In this document: positions 9,704-19,347 of the stretch, piece by piece
How the letters are laid out: each line of letters opens with the position of its first letter
Numbering within the stretch: the first letter of the stretch is position 1
Origin: an uncultured Chloroflexia bacterium
GTDB lineage: Bacteria > Chloroflexota > Limnocylindria > Limnocylindrales > CSP1-4
Direction: 5' to 3'
Assembly (NCBI GenBank): GCA_963768655.1
Contig: CAVYIM010000004.1
Coordinates: forward strand, 32,001 to 96,000
Length of the DNA: 64,000 nt
The notes under the pieces: generated by a model
What the model saw: only the letters and a program-made list of their open reading frames with translations
Told to the model about the DNA's origin: nothing
Databases searched by the model: none
Position numbers and translations under genes: made by a program

Positions 9704-11353
9704 TCATCGGACCGTGCTGGCCCACCAGACCAGGAGAACGAGGCCCCCGTTGTACGCCCCGTGAAGAGCCATCGAGGCGTAGATGGAGCGCCGCCTCGTG
9801 TAGATCCACGACAGCAACCAGGCAATCGGGATTCGGGCGGCCACGGCGAGAACCGCCGCCCGGATGAACACGTCCGCGTCGACGGCGCCGACCAGGTCGA
9901 TGATGTGGATGAAGGCGAAGAACGCGGCTGCCCGGATGACCGCGTCGTTGCGTTTGAGCGACCGAGCCCACGCGTTGGTGGCGAAGCCCCGGAAGAAGAT
10001 CTCCTCCCCGATGGGCGCCACGACTGCCAGAGACAGGAGGGTGATCGCCAGATCCCAGCCAGGGAAGAGCGTCGGCACGGGCGAGGACACGTCCGAGTTC
10101 TGGACTCCCAGGATGATGGCCAGAATGCCGGCGAAGATCAGGGTCACGATCAGGCCCGGAATTGCCAGGCCGAGCCCTAGCGCGATGTCTCCGCCAAAGG
10201 CTCTTGCGCCCGCGCCGGCTTCCCCTGTCGGTGCGCCATTCCAGGCGTTGGAGAACGACCAGTCGCTGGGATCCGGCGCAAGCCGCCGCGGGCGCGCGAT
10301 GTCGCTCCAGGCGAGGGCGCCCGGTCGAACCGCGACAACCTGAACGAGCGCCGCGTAGCAGCCGAGATTGAGCACGAGGACCAACAGTGTCTCGACCGAG
10401 GTCGCCAGGCTGATCCCGAAGGCATCGAAAGCCGCGATCACTGCCAGCTCGGCCGCCAGCGATAGGGAGAGCCACGCCATCACGACGAGGAATGGCGACG
10501 GCCCGAAGTAATCCTGCCAGCCATCGGCAAGCCGCTGGCTGCCCTGGGCCAGCGACGCGGCAACGAGCCCTGCCGAGAGGAGGACGAGGGCCAGCTCGAC
10601 CGCAGAGACGGCGGCGAGGCCCGAGGTGCCTCGTGCGATCCCGGCGTTGGCCGCGGCAAGGATCGCGATGAGCATACCCAGGCCGAGGAGCGAGAGGATC
10701 CACCCGGCGGCGTACATGCGCGGGCTTGCCCGCCCCTGGAGGGAGGGGATCCGTCGGGGCGGCGCAGGGGGATGCAAACGGCCCGGAGCCTCGGCCGGGG
10801 GCGGGGAACCGTAGCCCCACGGCAGGGACGGGTACGGGTACGGATAGGCCCACGTCGGGGGATGGCCCAATTCCGCGTTGGTCGGCGGCGTTGAGTAGCC
10901 CGGCGCCGCTCCGGCCGGCGGCCAGCCGTAGCCCGGCGGCGCTGAGTAGCCCGGCGGCCAGCCGTAACCCGGCGCCGCTCCGGCCGGCGGCCAGCCGTAA
11001 CCCGGCGGCGCTGAGTAGCCCGGCGGCCAGCCGTAGCCTGGCGGCGCTGAGTAGCCCGGCGGCCAGCCGTAGCCCTGGGGCCAGCCGTATCCCGGCGGCC
11101 AACCGTAGCCCGGCGCTACATAGCCCGGCGCTACATAGCCCGGCGCAACATAGCCCGGCGGCCAGCCGTATCCCGACGGCCAGCCGTAGCCCTGCGGCGC
11201 CTGGTTCGGAACGGAACCGTACGTCCGGGGCATGTTTCCGGCGGGAGTGTCGCGCGGTTCCTGCGCGCTTGGGGCCTGCTCGGGCGGCGAGCCTGGCGGC
11301 AGCGGGCGCGGGGGTTCGTCCGTAGAGTCGTCTGGCGGCTTATCGACCGTCAT
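9704..11353 (-). CDS. CPBP (CAAX/Abi) family intramembrane metalloprotease with Pro/Gly/Tyr/Trp-repeat N-terminus
   Basis: APIGEEIFFRG, FAFIH, HGAYN catalytic motifs; many TM helices. Confidence 0.88.
   Translation of the reverse strand: MTVDKPPDDSTDEPPRPLPPGSPPEQAPSAQEPRDTPAGNMPRTYGSVPNQAPQGYGWPSGYGWPPGYVAPGYVAPGYVAPGYGWPPGYGWPQGYGWPPGYSAPPGYGWPPGYSAPPGYGWPPAGAAPGYGWPPGYSAPPGYGWPPAGAAPGYSTPPTNAELGHPPTWAYPYPYPSLPWGYGSPPPAEAPGRLHPPAPPRRIPSLQGRASPRMYAAGWILSLLGLGMLIAILAAANAGIARGTSGLAAVSAVELALVLLSAGLVAASLAQGSQRLADGWQDYFGPSPFLVVMAWLSLSLAAELAVIAAFDAFGISLATSVETLLVLVLNLGCYAALVQVVAVRPGALAWSDIARPRRLAPDPSDWSFSNAWNGAPTGEAGAGARAFGGDIALGLGLAIPGLIVTLIFAGILAIILGVQNSDVSSPVPTLFPGWDLAITLLSLAVVAPIGEEIFFRGFATNAWARSLKRNDAVIRAAAFFAFIHIIDLVGAVDADVFIRAAVLAVAARIPIAWLLSWIYTRRRSIYASMALHGAYNGGLVLLVWWASTVR
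10895..11192 (-). repeat. Coding tandem repeats GYGWPP / GYSAPP / GYVAP
   Basis: Recurrent cccggcggccagccgta and cccggcgctacatag units read directly from the sequence. Confidence 0.9.
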
Positions 11354-11387
11354 CCGGGCGCTTGCTCGTCAGTCCTCGGCTCGGCCG

Positions 11388-11999
11388 TCAGCGGCCGACA
11401 ACGGACTCGCCCGTGACTATTCCACTCGCCGGCCGGGGCACGACGCTGCCCACGGGGCTGACGGTGGGCGCAGGCAGAGGCGCCTGATATGCCGCCGCCT
11501 CAGGAGCCCGCTCGACGGCCGGTCGTTCGAAGTCTTTGCCGCACCAGGCACACAGAGACCAGTCGAGGCCAACCAGCCTCTCGCAGTTCGGGCAGACCCG
11601 CTTCAGGCGCTGGCGGCACCAGGGGCAGATGATCCATTCGGCGTCTACGCGACGGTCGCAGCTTCGGCAGGTCTTGATCGCCTCGACCTCGGCGAGAAGA
11701 GCCTCTTCGGCCAGGTTGCGCTCGTATACGTCACCGAGCCGCTCTGGCGGTCGAACGACTCGATAGACGATGATGCCGAGCGGGAAGAGGAACGGCAGGA
11801 ACAGGATGATCAAACCGGTGGCGAGGAACGGGAGAACCGGATTCTCGGTGCGATCCCGCATGTCTCGGAACGCCCAGTACGCCGCCGCGATCCAGAGCAG
11901 GATCATGTAGAAGAACGTGGCGTAGAGGATCAACTGGACGACCGCGTTCGCGAAGAACGCGCTCATCGCTCCGCCCAGTGCGCCCATCGGGTCAGTCAT
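11388..11999 (-). CDS. Membrane protein with double zinc ribbon
   Basis: Two N-terminal TM helices; CRSC..CPWC..CPNC..CAWC. Confidence 0.85.
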   Translation of the reverse strand: MTDPMGALGGAMSAFFANAVVQLILYATFFYMILLWIAAAYWAFRDMRDRTENPVLPFLATGLIILFLPFLFPLGIIVYRVVRPPERLGDVYERNLAEEALLAEVEAIKTCRSCDRRVDAEWIICPWCRQRLKRVCPNCERLVGLDWSLCAWCGKDFERPAVERAPEAAAYQAPLPAPTVSPVGSVVPRPASGIVTGESVVGR

Positions 12000-12179
12000 C
12001 GAGATTGATCCGCTTTCTCCGATCCGCCCTTCGAGGCGTCCGATCGAACCGAGAAGGGGCTATTGAAGTCTACCAGGGTCGAAATGCGACCCCGGCCGTG
12101 TGCGCCTGTGACGGCCAATTCCGGCCCGCGGTGACGGACGTTTCGCACGCCGGCCGTCGACCACAAGGGCCAAGGCCGG

Positions 12180-13562
12180 TCAGTCTCTGCGTTCCGTGGC
12201 GGGGAAGAAGAGGCCCACGATCGAACCGGCGATCAGCAGGATGGCCCCTGCGACAAGAAGCGAGATGCCCCCGCCGCATCCCCACGGGAGCAACAGGTAT
12301 AGCAGCCCGACGCCGAGCAAGATCCCACCCAGGAGCATGGGCAGCGCCGCTTCGGTCAGCCTTCTTATGGTGGGTGCCAGCCCCGGCATGAGCTCCTCGA
12401 GCTTGTCGCTTGCCAGGATTACGGTTAGCACGACCGCGGCCATCAGAAACAGCGGCCACCCCGCCGCAGTGTCGAACGCCCAGGCATCCGGCCTCGGGTG
12501 GATGTCGACCGTGCCGACGCCCAGGCCGTTGTCGCCCGCCCAGGGCAGCGCGAAGCTGACCATCGCCAGCGCCCCGCCCAGGGCGGTCAGGCCCGTGGCT
12601 GCCAGTTCGGCTTTCGGTTCCGCGGCGATGGAAGCGAGAGTGGCCTTGATCCTGGCTGGTGTCGTCAAAGGCACGATCGGAGACGCTGGCGGCGTCCGTC
12701 CCGCGATGGTGGCTCCGGGGCGGCCCGCGACCGCCGGGGCATCGAAGGCCGGCGGGAGGGCCGGCCGCGGACCCGACGCAGGAGTAGCTGCCTGAATGGG
12801 AGCGGGGATCGCGAGCGTGCCGACAGGCCTGCCGCCGCCGATCGAGCCGAGCGTCCGGTTGGTCGCGGATGGCGTCAGGATCCGGCCCGAAGTCGCGGCG
12901 TCGTCCTGCGCGACCAGATTGGGCGCGGGGCGGGCCCAGCTTTGGAGGTCGGCCTCGGCTTCCGTGTCAGGAACCGCGTTCACGGCGGCCACTTTCTCCG
13001 CCGCCGCCCGCGCTGCCGCCGCCCGCGCTGCGGCCGCCGCCCGTGCGGCGGCCTCTCCGGCTGTGCTGCGTTGCATCTCGGCTACGTCGAGCGACCAGCC
13101 CTCCGGAACGTGGACCTGACGACTGGTCTTCGATGCGGCCGCGGCAGCAAGACGAGCCGCCGGGGCATCGGTCTGCGAAGGCGTCAGGCCGAGGGTCAGA
13201 AGCCGGGGGTCCTCCGGTCCGGATGGTATGGACTCTTCCTCGGACGCCGGCTCGGCGGCCTCGACCGCGTTGGATTCCGGCTCCGCAGACTCGGACGCCG
13301 GCTCGGCGGCCTCGACCGCGTTGGGCTCCGGCTCCGCAGACTCGGACGCCGGCTCGGCGCCCTCGACCGCGTTGGGCTCCGGCTCCGCAGACTCGGACGC
13401 CGGCTCGGCGGCCTCGACCGTCTCCGGCGCCCCGCCCTCGACCGTCTCCGGCGCCCCGGTCGCTGGTCTCGTCGCTTCCAGGGAGGCGCCGCAACTGGGG
13501 CAGAAGGCGTAGCCGGGCGCTGTCGGCGCTGAGCATCTCGTACAGACCGTGAGCTCGACCAT
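12180..13562 (-). CDS. Zinc-ribbon protein with acidic repeat linker and about 4 C-terminal TM helices
   Basis: MVELTVCTRC..FCPSCG at the N-terminus; GGAGG upstream of ATG 13562; hydrophobic C-terminus. Confidence 0.75.
   Translation of the reverse strand: MVELTVCTRCSAPTAPGYAFCPSCGASLEATRPATGAPETVEGGAPETVEAAEPASESAEPEPNAVEGAEPASESAEPEPNAVEAAEPASESAEPESNAVEAAEPASEEESIPSGPEDPRLLTLGLTPSQTDAPAARLAAAAASKTSRQVHVPEGWSLDVAEMQRSTAGEAAARAAAAARAAAARAAAEKVAAVNAVPDTEAEADLQSWARPAPNLVAQDDAATSGRILTPSATNRTLGSIGGGRPVGTLAIPAPIQAATPASGPRPALPPAFDAPAVAGRPGATIAGRTPPASPIVPLTTPARIKATLASIAAEPKAELAATGLTALGGALAMVSFALPWAGDNGLGVGTVDIHPRPDAWAFDTAAGWPLFLMAAVVLTVILASDKLEELMPGLAPTIRRLTEAALPMLLGGILLGVGLLYLLLPWGCGGGISLLVAGAILLIAGSIVGLFFPATERRD
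13241..13420 (-). repeat. 51-bp coding tandem repeat (AEPASESAEPEPNAVEA), about 3.5 copies
   Basis: Near-identical units cggacgccggctcggcggcctcgaccgcgttggg... Confidence 0.9.
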
Positions 13563-13633
13563 GCCGGCCTCCGCTTCGGGCGAGGTGCGGGGAGCCCCGC
13601 CGCGGCGAGGTTCCTGCGCGTTCGAGGGTCGGG

Positions 13634-14713
13634 TCAATCCCCCGATCTCTCTCCCGCCACGCACGATAGTCCCAACCCGCTCCGTTGCGTAGCCTCTCCG
13701 GCCCGCGCGGACGCTGCGCGCACGGCATCTGCGACTTCATTGGTGAAGGCGGCGCTCCGCCACGCGGAAGCTACCGCGGAAACCGCCAGCGCCGCGATCC
13801 ACGCCACGGCCAGGGCCACGGTCGCCAGCGCGAAGGCTACGGGTCGGAAGTCCCTTACGGTGCCGAAGTTCCCGATGCCCAGCTTGATGGCGATGGGTAC
13901 CTGGTTCCTGGCTGCAATCCGGCACCAGTCGAAGGCGGTCGAAGTCCCAACCAACGCCAGGCCGATGACGGCGGCGCTCGCCCCGTGCGAGACAACGACG
14001 GTCAGCAGAGTCGAGATCGGCCGGCGCACCACCTGCCTTGCCGCGCCAAGGATCGATCCCAATACCCCGGCACCGGCCAGTACCTCAAGCCGGACCGCGA
14101 TCGCGGCCATCGTCTCCGTCGCGAGCCAGACGACGACCACGACCGCCACGGCGTCGCCGGCGGCCAGGGCCACCCTCAACGGCAGTGGCGAGGTCAGGTT
14201 GCTCGGCGTCATCAGTTGGTCATACGTGGCATTGAAGATACGAGTCGCGGCCCAGGCGAGCGCGATCGCCACGGGCGCCAGGCAGATCATCCGAATCGCC
14301 GCGAGCCGCAGGAGGAGCGACATCCGCGGGAGGGGGAGCCGCTCCGGCCTGGTTCCGCGGCCCGAATCCAGCGTCATCTGAACGAGCCAGACGTCGGTGA
14401 GCGAGCCGACCACGCTCGCCACCGCCAGCCACACGAGCGCGGCGACGACGGCGAGCACGATCAGCTCGATCAGCCAGAGTGTTGGCTGGCCGGCGATCGA
14501 GATGGCATCCACGCCCGTCAGGCTGGCAATGCCGATGACCGATGGCAGGATGACACTCGGCAGTGCCAGCAGAACGATCCCGCCTCGGAGCAGGAATCCC
14601 GCCAGTGCCACTACCGACGCCTCGCCATGCGTCAGGCCGAAAGCCAGGGCTCGTGCCAGGCGGCTGGCGCGGCCGAACCGTCGCGTCAGGAGCCCTTCGG
14701 CCGATGCGGTCAC
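13634..14713 (-). CDS. Hypothetical multi-pass membrane protein
   Basis: Long hydrophobic ORF; GTG 14713 lies just after the UPF0182 stop. Confidence 0.65.
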   Translation of the reverse strand: MTASAEGLLTRRFGRASRLARALAFGLTHGEASVVALAGFLLRGGIVLLALPSVILPSVIGIASLTGVDAISIAGQPTLWLIELIVLAVVAALVWLAVASVVGSLTDVWLVQMTLDSGRGTRPERLPLPRMSLLLRLAAIRMICLAPVAIALAWAATRIFNATYDQLMTPSNLTSPLPLRVALAAGDAVAVVVVVWLATETMAAIAVRLEVLAGAGVLGSILGAARQVVRRPISTLLTVVVSHGASAAVIGLALVGTSTAFDWCRIAARNQVPIAIKLGIGNFGTVRDFRPVAFALATVALAVAWIAALAVSAVASAWRSAAFTNEVADAVRAASARAGEATQRSGLGLSCVAGERSGD

Positions 14714-14717
14714 CCAG

Positions 14718-17700
14718 TTAGTTTCCCGTGGGCGCGGGCGTGCCAACCACGTTCTGGAGCTGCGCGAGAATCTGGCCGACGATGTTCATCTCCTGCTGAT
14801 ACGTGGCGAGATCGCCGTTGCGCAGGTCTTGCTGGGCCTGCTCGTAGTGCTGGTTGGCCTCGGCGATCAGCTCCTGGGTCGACCCGTTGAGGGTGAAGCT
14901 CGGAGTCGCGGTTGGTGAGCCGCCGGACGTCGGGGCGACGCTGGGAGTCGGCGACGACCCGGGCGACGATCCGGGCGAGGGCGAGCTGCCCGGGGATTGG
15001 CCGTTGCCGCTGACGAGTGCCGTCAGTGCCTCCTCCAGCGTGTCGCCCCAGACGATCTGACTGGGCGTCGCGACGATCACTTTCTGCAGAACCGGCAGCG
15101 GATTGCTGTTGGACGACATGTAGACCGGCTGGACATACAGGATCGAATCCTGCAGCGGCACGACGAGCAGGTTACCCATGATCACGGTGCTGCCCTGTTG
15201 CGACCACAGCGTGACCTGCTGGCTGATGACCGGGTTCTGCAGAATCAGGGCGCTCATCTGCGCCGGTCCGTAGATCGTCGAACTGCTCGGGAAGTCGTAG
15301 ACTGTGACCTGGCCATACGTCGCCGGGTCATTGTGCGCGGCCACCCACGAGATCATGTTGGGACGGCCGTTGGGCACCATCGGCTGCAGCAGCAGGAACT
15401 CGGAGTTCCCCGCGGTCGTCTGGCCCGGGTCCTGCATCTCGACGTAGTACGCCTCGAGCCCAAGTTGCTGAGGGCCGTTGCTGCCGCTCGTGCCGGCGTT
15501 GCGGGCCACCTGCCACACGTTGTTGCCCTGGTAGAAGACGCCCGGGTCGGTGACGTGGTACTTCTGGAACTGACTGGTCTGGGCGTCGAACATGTCTTCG
15601 GGGTAGCGCAGGTGTGCCTGCAGGTCCGACGACATGTCCGAGAGCGGGTGGTAGACGGCCGGGAAGACGCCCTCCCAGGCCTGGATGATCGGGTCGCTCG
15701 GATCTGCAACGTAGAAAGTCAGCGAGCCGTCGTAGGCATTCATGACGACCTTGACGCTGTTACGGATGTAGTTGAACGGGTCGCCCGCCAGGCCGGTGAC
15801 CGTCGAGTCGCTGCCCGGGTCGAAAGTGTTGGCGTCCGGGAAAGCGTCCGTCGTCGTGTAGGCATCGAGGATGTAGTCGAGCTGACCGGTCGAGGTCACG
15901 ACCAGGTACGGATCCTTGTCGTAGCGCAGGTATGGCGCGACTTCCTGGACGCGCTGCTGGATGGACCGATTTATGAGCAGCTGGCTGTTGCCGCTGACCT
16001 GGTTGCTGATGAGCAGGTTGAGGTCGCCGAATCGGAGGGCGAAGAGCAGCTTCGTGAGCGGCGTGTCCAGCTTGATGCCAGTCGTTCCCTGCCAGCTGTA
16101 GTACTGATCGCCCGAGGCGGACGTCGATGGGTAGTCGAATTCCTGCGTGTTGCCGTCGACGATGACGTAGTCGCTCGCCTGCGTGCCGAAGTAGATGCGC
16201 GGCTGAGTGACGACCGGCGCGCCGGGCGACGATACCGGCGGCACGTTCTGGATGACGAGCTCCGGGTTCGCGCTCTGGCCGGTGTTGCTGCGCACGACCT
16301 CGTTGACCGGCAGCATCGCCAGCCCGATGCCGTGGGTATAGATCAGGTGCACGTTGACCCAGCTCGAGTTGCCGTTGTTCAGGTTGGCGACCTGGGTCGG
16401 ATCGAGCTCCCGGCCGGCGAGCATCACCTGGCGCACGCACGGCGCCGGGTTGGGAGCGCAGGCCGCCGCGGACGTGAAGGTGTACCTGTCCGTGTCGACA
16501 TCGCCGAAGCTGTAGTAGTTGCGGAGCAGCTGCATGTTGTCGAGCGTGGGGCCGAGAGGGCGGTAGTCCCACAGGCGCAGGTTCTGGATCGTGGATTGCT
16601 CGTTTGCGAGCGATGCCTCTGTGAGCGTCGTCTGGCCGCTCGGACCCCCGGGTTGATACGCGACGCTGGTCCAGCCGGTGAGGTTGAACCCGAGTCGGGT
16701 CATGTCGATGTTGTTCTGGATGTAGGGCGTCTCCTGCGTCTGCTGGTTCGGAACCACGACGAACTGCTGCGTGATCAGCGGGTAGGCGAAGTCCAGCGCG
16801 ACGTACGCCCCGAGCCACACGACGATGGTCAGAGTCAGTGGCACCCACCAGCGGGTGCAGCAGAAGAGCAGGAAAAGGGTCCCTGCAAAGGCGGCCAGGA
16901 CGGTCATGACGTTGATGGCCAGGACCCTGGCGTTGACGTCGGTGTAGCTGGCCCCCTGGAAGATGCCGCTCTGGCCGCTGTACACGAGCGAGTACCGGTC
17001 GAGCTGGAACCCGACGGCGATCGACACCAGGAACAGCATCACGAGCACGCCGACATGAACGCGGGCCGCGGTCGACATTGAGGCGCCGGAGATCACTGCC
17101 ACCAGATAGCGGGCGCCCACGAGGAAGATCGACAGCAGCAGCAAGGTGTTGGCAAAGGACTGCAGCAGCCGGTAGAACGGCAGCTCGAAGACGTAGAAGC
17201 CGATGTTCAGGCCGAACGTTGGGTCGGTCTGGGCAAACGGCACGCGATGGATGAACAGCTGCACGGTGGTCCAGCTGCCGGCGAGCAGGCCTCCGAGCCC
17301 GAGGGCGATCAGCGCGCTCAGGCCGATCAAGCCCCAGAAGACCGGGCGGGCGACGTCGGGGATCTCCACGTCGCTCTGGCCGGAGCTGGGCCGGCGCGGA
17401 CCACCGAAAGGTCCGCCGCCGTAGCCGCCGGCGTAGCGATCGATGTTGAAGCGGTCGAGGAAGTCGTCGAGAGAGAATCGCCGCATCTGGCCCTTGGGAA
17501 TGACCCGGCCGGGCAGCCAGACGTTGAACCACAGAAAGAGGAATCCGCCGACGGCGCCGAGGGCGAAGAGGCCGAGCTGAGAGCCCACTTCGGTCCAGAA
17601 GACACTCGCATAGCCGATGCTCTGGAACCAGATGGCGTCCGTCCACAGGCCGACGCCCACAGACAAGAAGAGGCTGAGGAGAATCAGGACGGCAACAACG

Positions 17701-18038
17701 GTGATTCCCAGGATCACCCAGCCGCGGCTGATGTGGATCTCGGGCAGATCGCCGCTCGAGCCGACCGATCGAGGCCGGCGCGGACCTCGGTATCCGCCAC
17801 CACGGAAGATCCCCTGATCGTCGTCGCCCCGATCTCCGCCATTGCCGGAATCGGCCCCGTTCGAATTCACCGGTGTGTCCTCCCGTGAGCCCTCGGTCGA
17901 TGACTGGTCGTCTGCCCGGGCATCCGTCCCCCCACCGGGATCGGAATCCCCTTCGGTCCCCGACTCGCCGCTCTTGCGACGCTGCTCGGCCTGGCGGCGG
18001 CGCAGCTCATCGAGAAAGTCGTCGAACATGTCGCGCAT
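14718..18038 (-). CDS. UPF0182 (COG1615) family membrane protein
   Basis: TDAIWFQSIGY, DPTFGLNIGFYVFELPF, GASYTDVNA, NLRLWD, HLIYTHG, NYIRNSVKVV..AYDG, HLRYPEDMF, GNLLVVP. Confidence 0.95.
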   Translation of the reverse strand: MRDMFDDFLDELRRRQAEQRRKSGESGTEGDSDPGGGTDARADDQSSTEGSREDTPVNSNGADSGNGGDRGDDDQGIFRGGGYRGPRRPRSVGSSGDLPEIHISRGWVILGITVVAVLILLSLFLSVGVGLWTDAIWFQSIGYASVFWTEVGSQLGLFALGAVGGFLFLWFNVWLPGRVIPKGQMRRFSLDDFLDRFNIDRYAGGYGGGPFGGPRRPSSGQSDVEIPDVARPVFWGLIGLSALIALGLGGLLAGSWTTVQLFIHRVPFAQTDPTFGLNIGFYVFELPFYRLLQSFANTLLLLSIFLVGARYLVAVISGASMSTAARVHVGVLVMLFLVSIAVGFQLDRYSLVYSGQSGIFQGASYTDVNARVLAINVMTVLAAFAGTLFLLFCCTRWWVPLTLTIVVWLGAYVALDFAYPLITQQFVVVPNQQTQETPYIQNNIDMTRLGFNLTGWTSVAYQPGGPSGQTTLTEASLANEQSTIQNLRLWDYRPLGPTLDNMQLLRNYYSFGDVDTDRYTFTSAAACAPNPAPCVRQVMLAGRELDPTQVANLNNGNSSWVNVHLIYTHGIGLAMLPVNEVVRSNTGQSANPELVIQNVPPVSSPGAPVVTQPRIYFGTQASDYVIVDGNTQEFDYPSTSASGDQYYSWQGTTGIKLDTPLTKLLFALRFGDLNLLISNQVSGNSQLLINRSIQQRVQEVAPYLRYDKDPYLVVTSTGQLDYILDAYTTTDAFPDANTFDPGSDSTVTGLAGDPFNYIRNSVKVVMNAYDGSLTFYVADPSDPIIQAWEGVFPAVYHPLSDMSSDLQAHLRYPEDMFDAQTSQFQKYHVTDPGVFYQGNNVWQVARNAGTSGSNGPQQLGLEAYYVEMQDPGQTTAGNSEFLLLQPMVPNGRPNMISWVAAHNDPATYGQVTVYDFPSSSTIYGPAQMSALILQNPVISQQVTLWSQQGSTVIMGNLLVVPLQDSILYVQPVYMSSNSNPLPVLQKVIVATPSQIVWGDTLEEALTALVSGNGQSPGSSPSPGSSPGSSPTPSVAPTSGGSPTATPSFTLNGSTQELIAEANQHYEQAQQDLRNGDLATYQQEMNIVGQILAQLQNVVGTPAPTGN

Positions 18039-18044
18039 TCCGCG

Positions 18045-18050
18045 AGTGTA
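18045..18050 (-). promoter_or_regulatory. -10 hexamer TACACT 6 nt before the ATG (leaderless promoter candidate)
   Basis: Reverse complement reads TACACT-cgcgga-ATG; no Shine-Dalgarno. Confidence 0.55.
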
Positions 18051-18205
18051 GCCCGGATCCACGCCTGAAGCGCCGCGGACAGCCGGTCCGGGGAACGAGA
18101 TGCGGGCAGCGTTCTGGCGGATCCGAGTTGGTCGAGCCGTGATGAGGCGCCCACCGTCAGGTCCGGGCCAGCTATCCGGCGGACAGACGCAGAATGGCCA
18201 CGGTG

Positions 18206-19276
18206 CTACGTGTCGGACGCGGGGCCAGGATCGGCGGGCGTGGGGGCTTCAGGAGCGGGGGCCTCGGGCCTGGGCGTCTCGAGTGAGGCGGTCTCCGGCG
18301 CGGTCTCTGGGGCGGGGACGCGTTCGCCGGCGATCGTCCCGGCGGCGATCTCACGGTCGATGCGCTCCATCTCGGCCCGGACGTCGGCGCTGGGTGGCCG
18401 CAGGGCCAGCGGATCGACCTCCCCGACCGGACTGGCGAAGAGTCGATCGTCGGGATCGCCGAGGACCATTGACAGGAGGCCGGTTCGCTTCTTCTGGCGC
18501 TGGGCCCGCTCCTCGTAGGCCCGCAGTTCCGGCGCGACGTCCGTGACGCCAGGGATTGGGAACATCGACAGTTCGGCACCCGATGTCAGCGCCGCTCCGC
18601 AGCTCGGACATCGATCCGCGGCGGCGGCAATCCCGGCCGAGCACCACGGACACTGGGCATCGGCGGCCTGGCGCGACTTCGCTGCGGCGCGCGCCGACCG
18701 CGCTGTCGAACGTTTGACTGGCGCGGCGGCTCCCGCGACGGACTCGGTGCCAGCCGGGACGGGAGCGCCGGTAGCCGCCGCCGGCGCAGTCGCCGGCGCG
18801 GGCCCTCCCGCCGAGACTACCGGTGTAGGCGCGGGTCCGGCCGCCGTGTCGGATGTCGCAGCGTCGGTCTGGAGCGACGGGCTCTCGTCGCCGATCCCGC
18901 CAGCCTGGTGGGTCCACCACCCGCCCGCCGCGAGCAGCGCCGCTCCGGGCAGAAGGGCGGCCGAATAGGCCCGCCCGAGATCGTCCGGCAGCAGGATCAC
19001 GGCCACGCCTGCCATGACCGCGGCAGCGACGTACAGGCGCCGGCTCGGGTCCCTTGCGAACATCGCCGCTCCCGCCGGGACCGCGGTCAAGACGGCAGTG
19101 CCGACCGTGACCCACAGGATCGTCACCGAAGGTACGCCGTACACGCCGGACGGCGGCAGCGCGCCCTCTACATGGTCGAGGCCCAAGAATTGTGTGGCCA
19201 GCAGCCCGAAGACCGCGCTCAGCAAGATGCAGAGCCATCCGCCGAAGATGGCGAGCACACCGAAGACCCTTGGCAT
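18206..19276 (-). CDS. Four-TM membrane protein with C-terminal zinc-ribbon domain
   Basis: Hydrophobic N-terminal half; CPWCS..RCPSCGA..IPGVTDV. Confidence 0.75.
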   Translation of the reverse strand: MPRVFGVLAIFGGWLCILLSAVFGLLATQFLGLDHVEGALPPSGVYGVPSVTILWVTVGTAVLTAVPAGAAMFARDPSRRLYVAAAVMAGVAVILLPDDLGRAYSAALLPGAALLAAGGWWTHQAGGIGDESPSLQTDAATSDTAAGPAPTPVVSAGGPAPATAPAAATGAPVPAGTESVAGAAAPVKRSTARSARAAAKSRQAADAQCPWCSAGIAAAADRCPSCGAALTSGAELSMFPIPGVTDVAPELRAYEERAQRQKKRTGLLSMVLGDPDDRLFASPVGEVDPLALRPPSADVRAEMERIDREIAAGTIAGERVPAPETAPETASLETPRPEAPAPEAPTPADPGPASDT

Positions 19277-19347
19277 CGTGTTCCCCTGTGGCTCCGACCT
19301 GGATACGGTCGGGCGGCCCGAGCCAGGCGCAGCCCGTGACGCGGACT

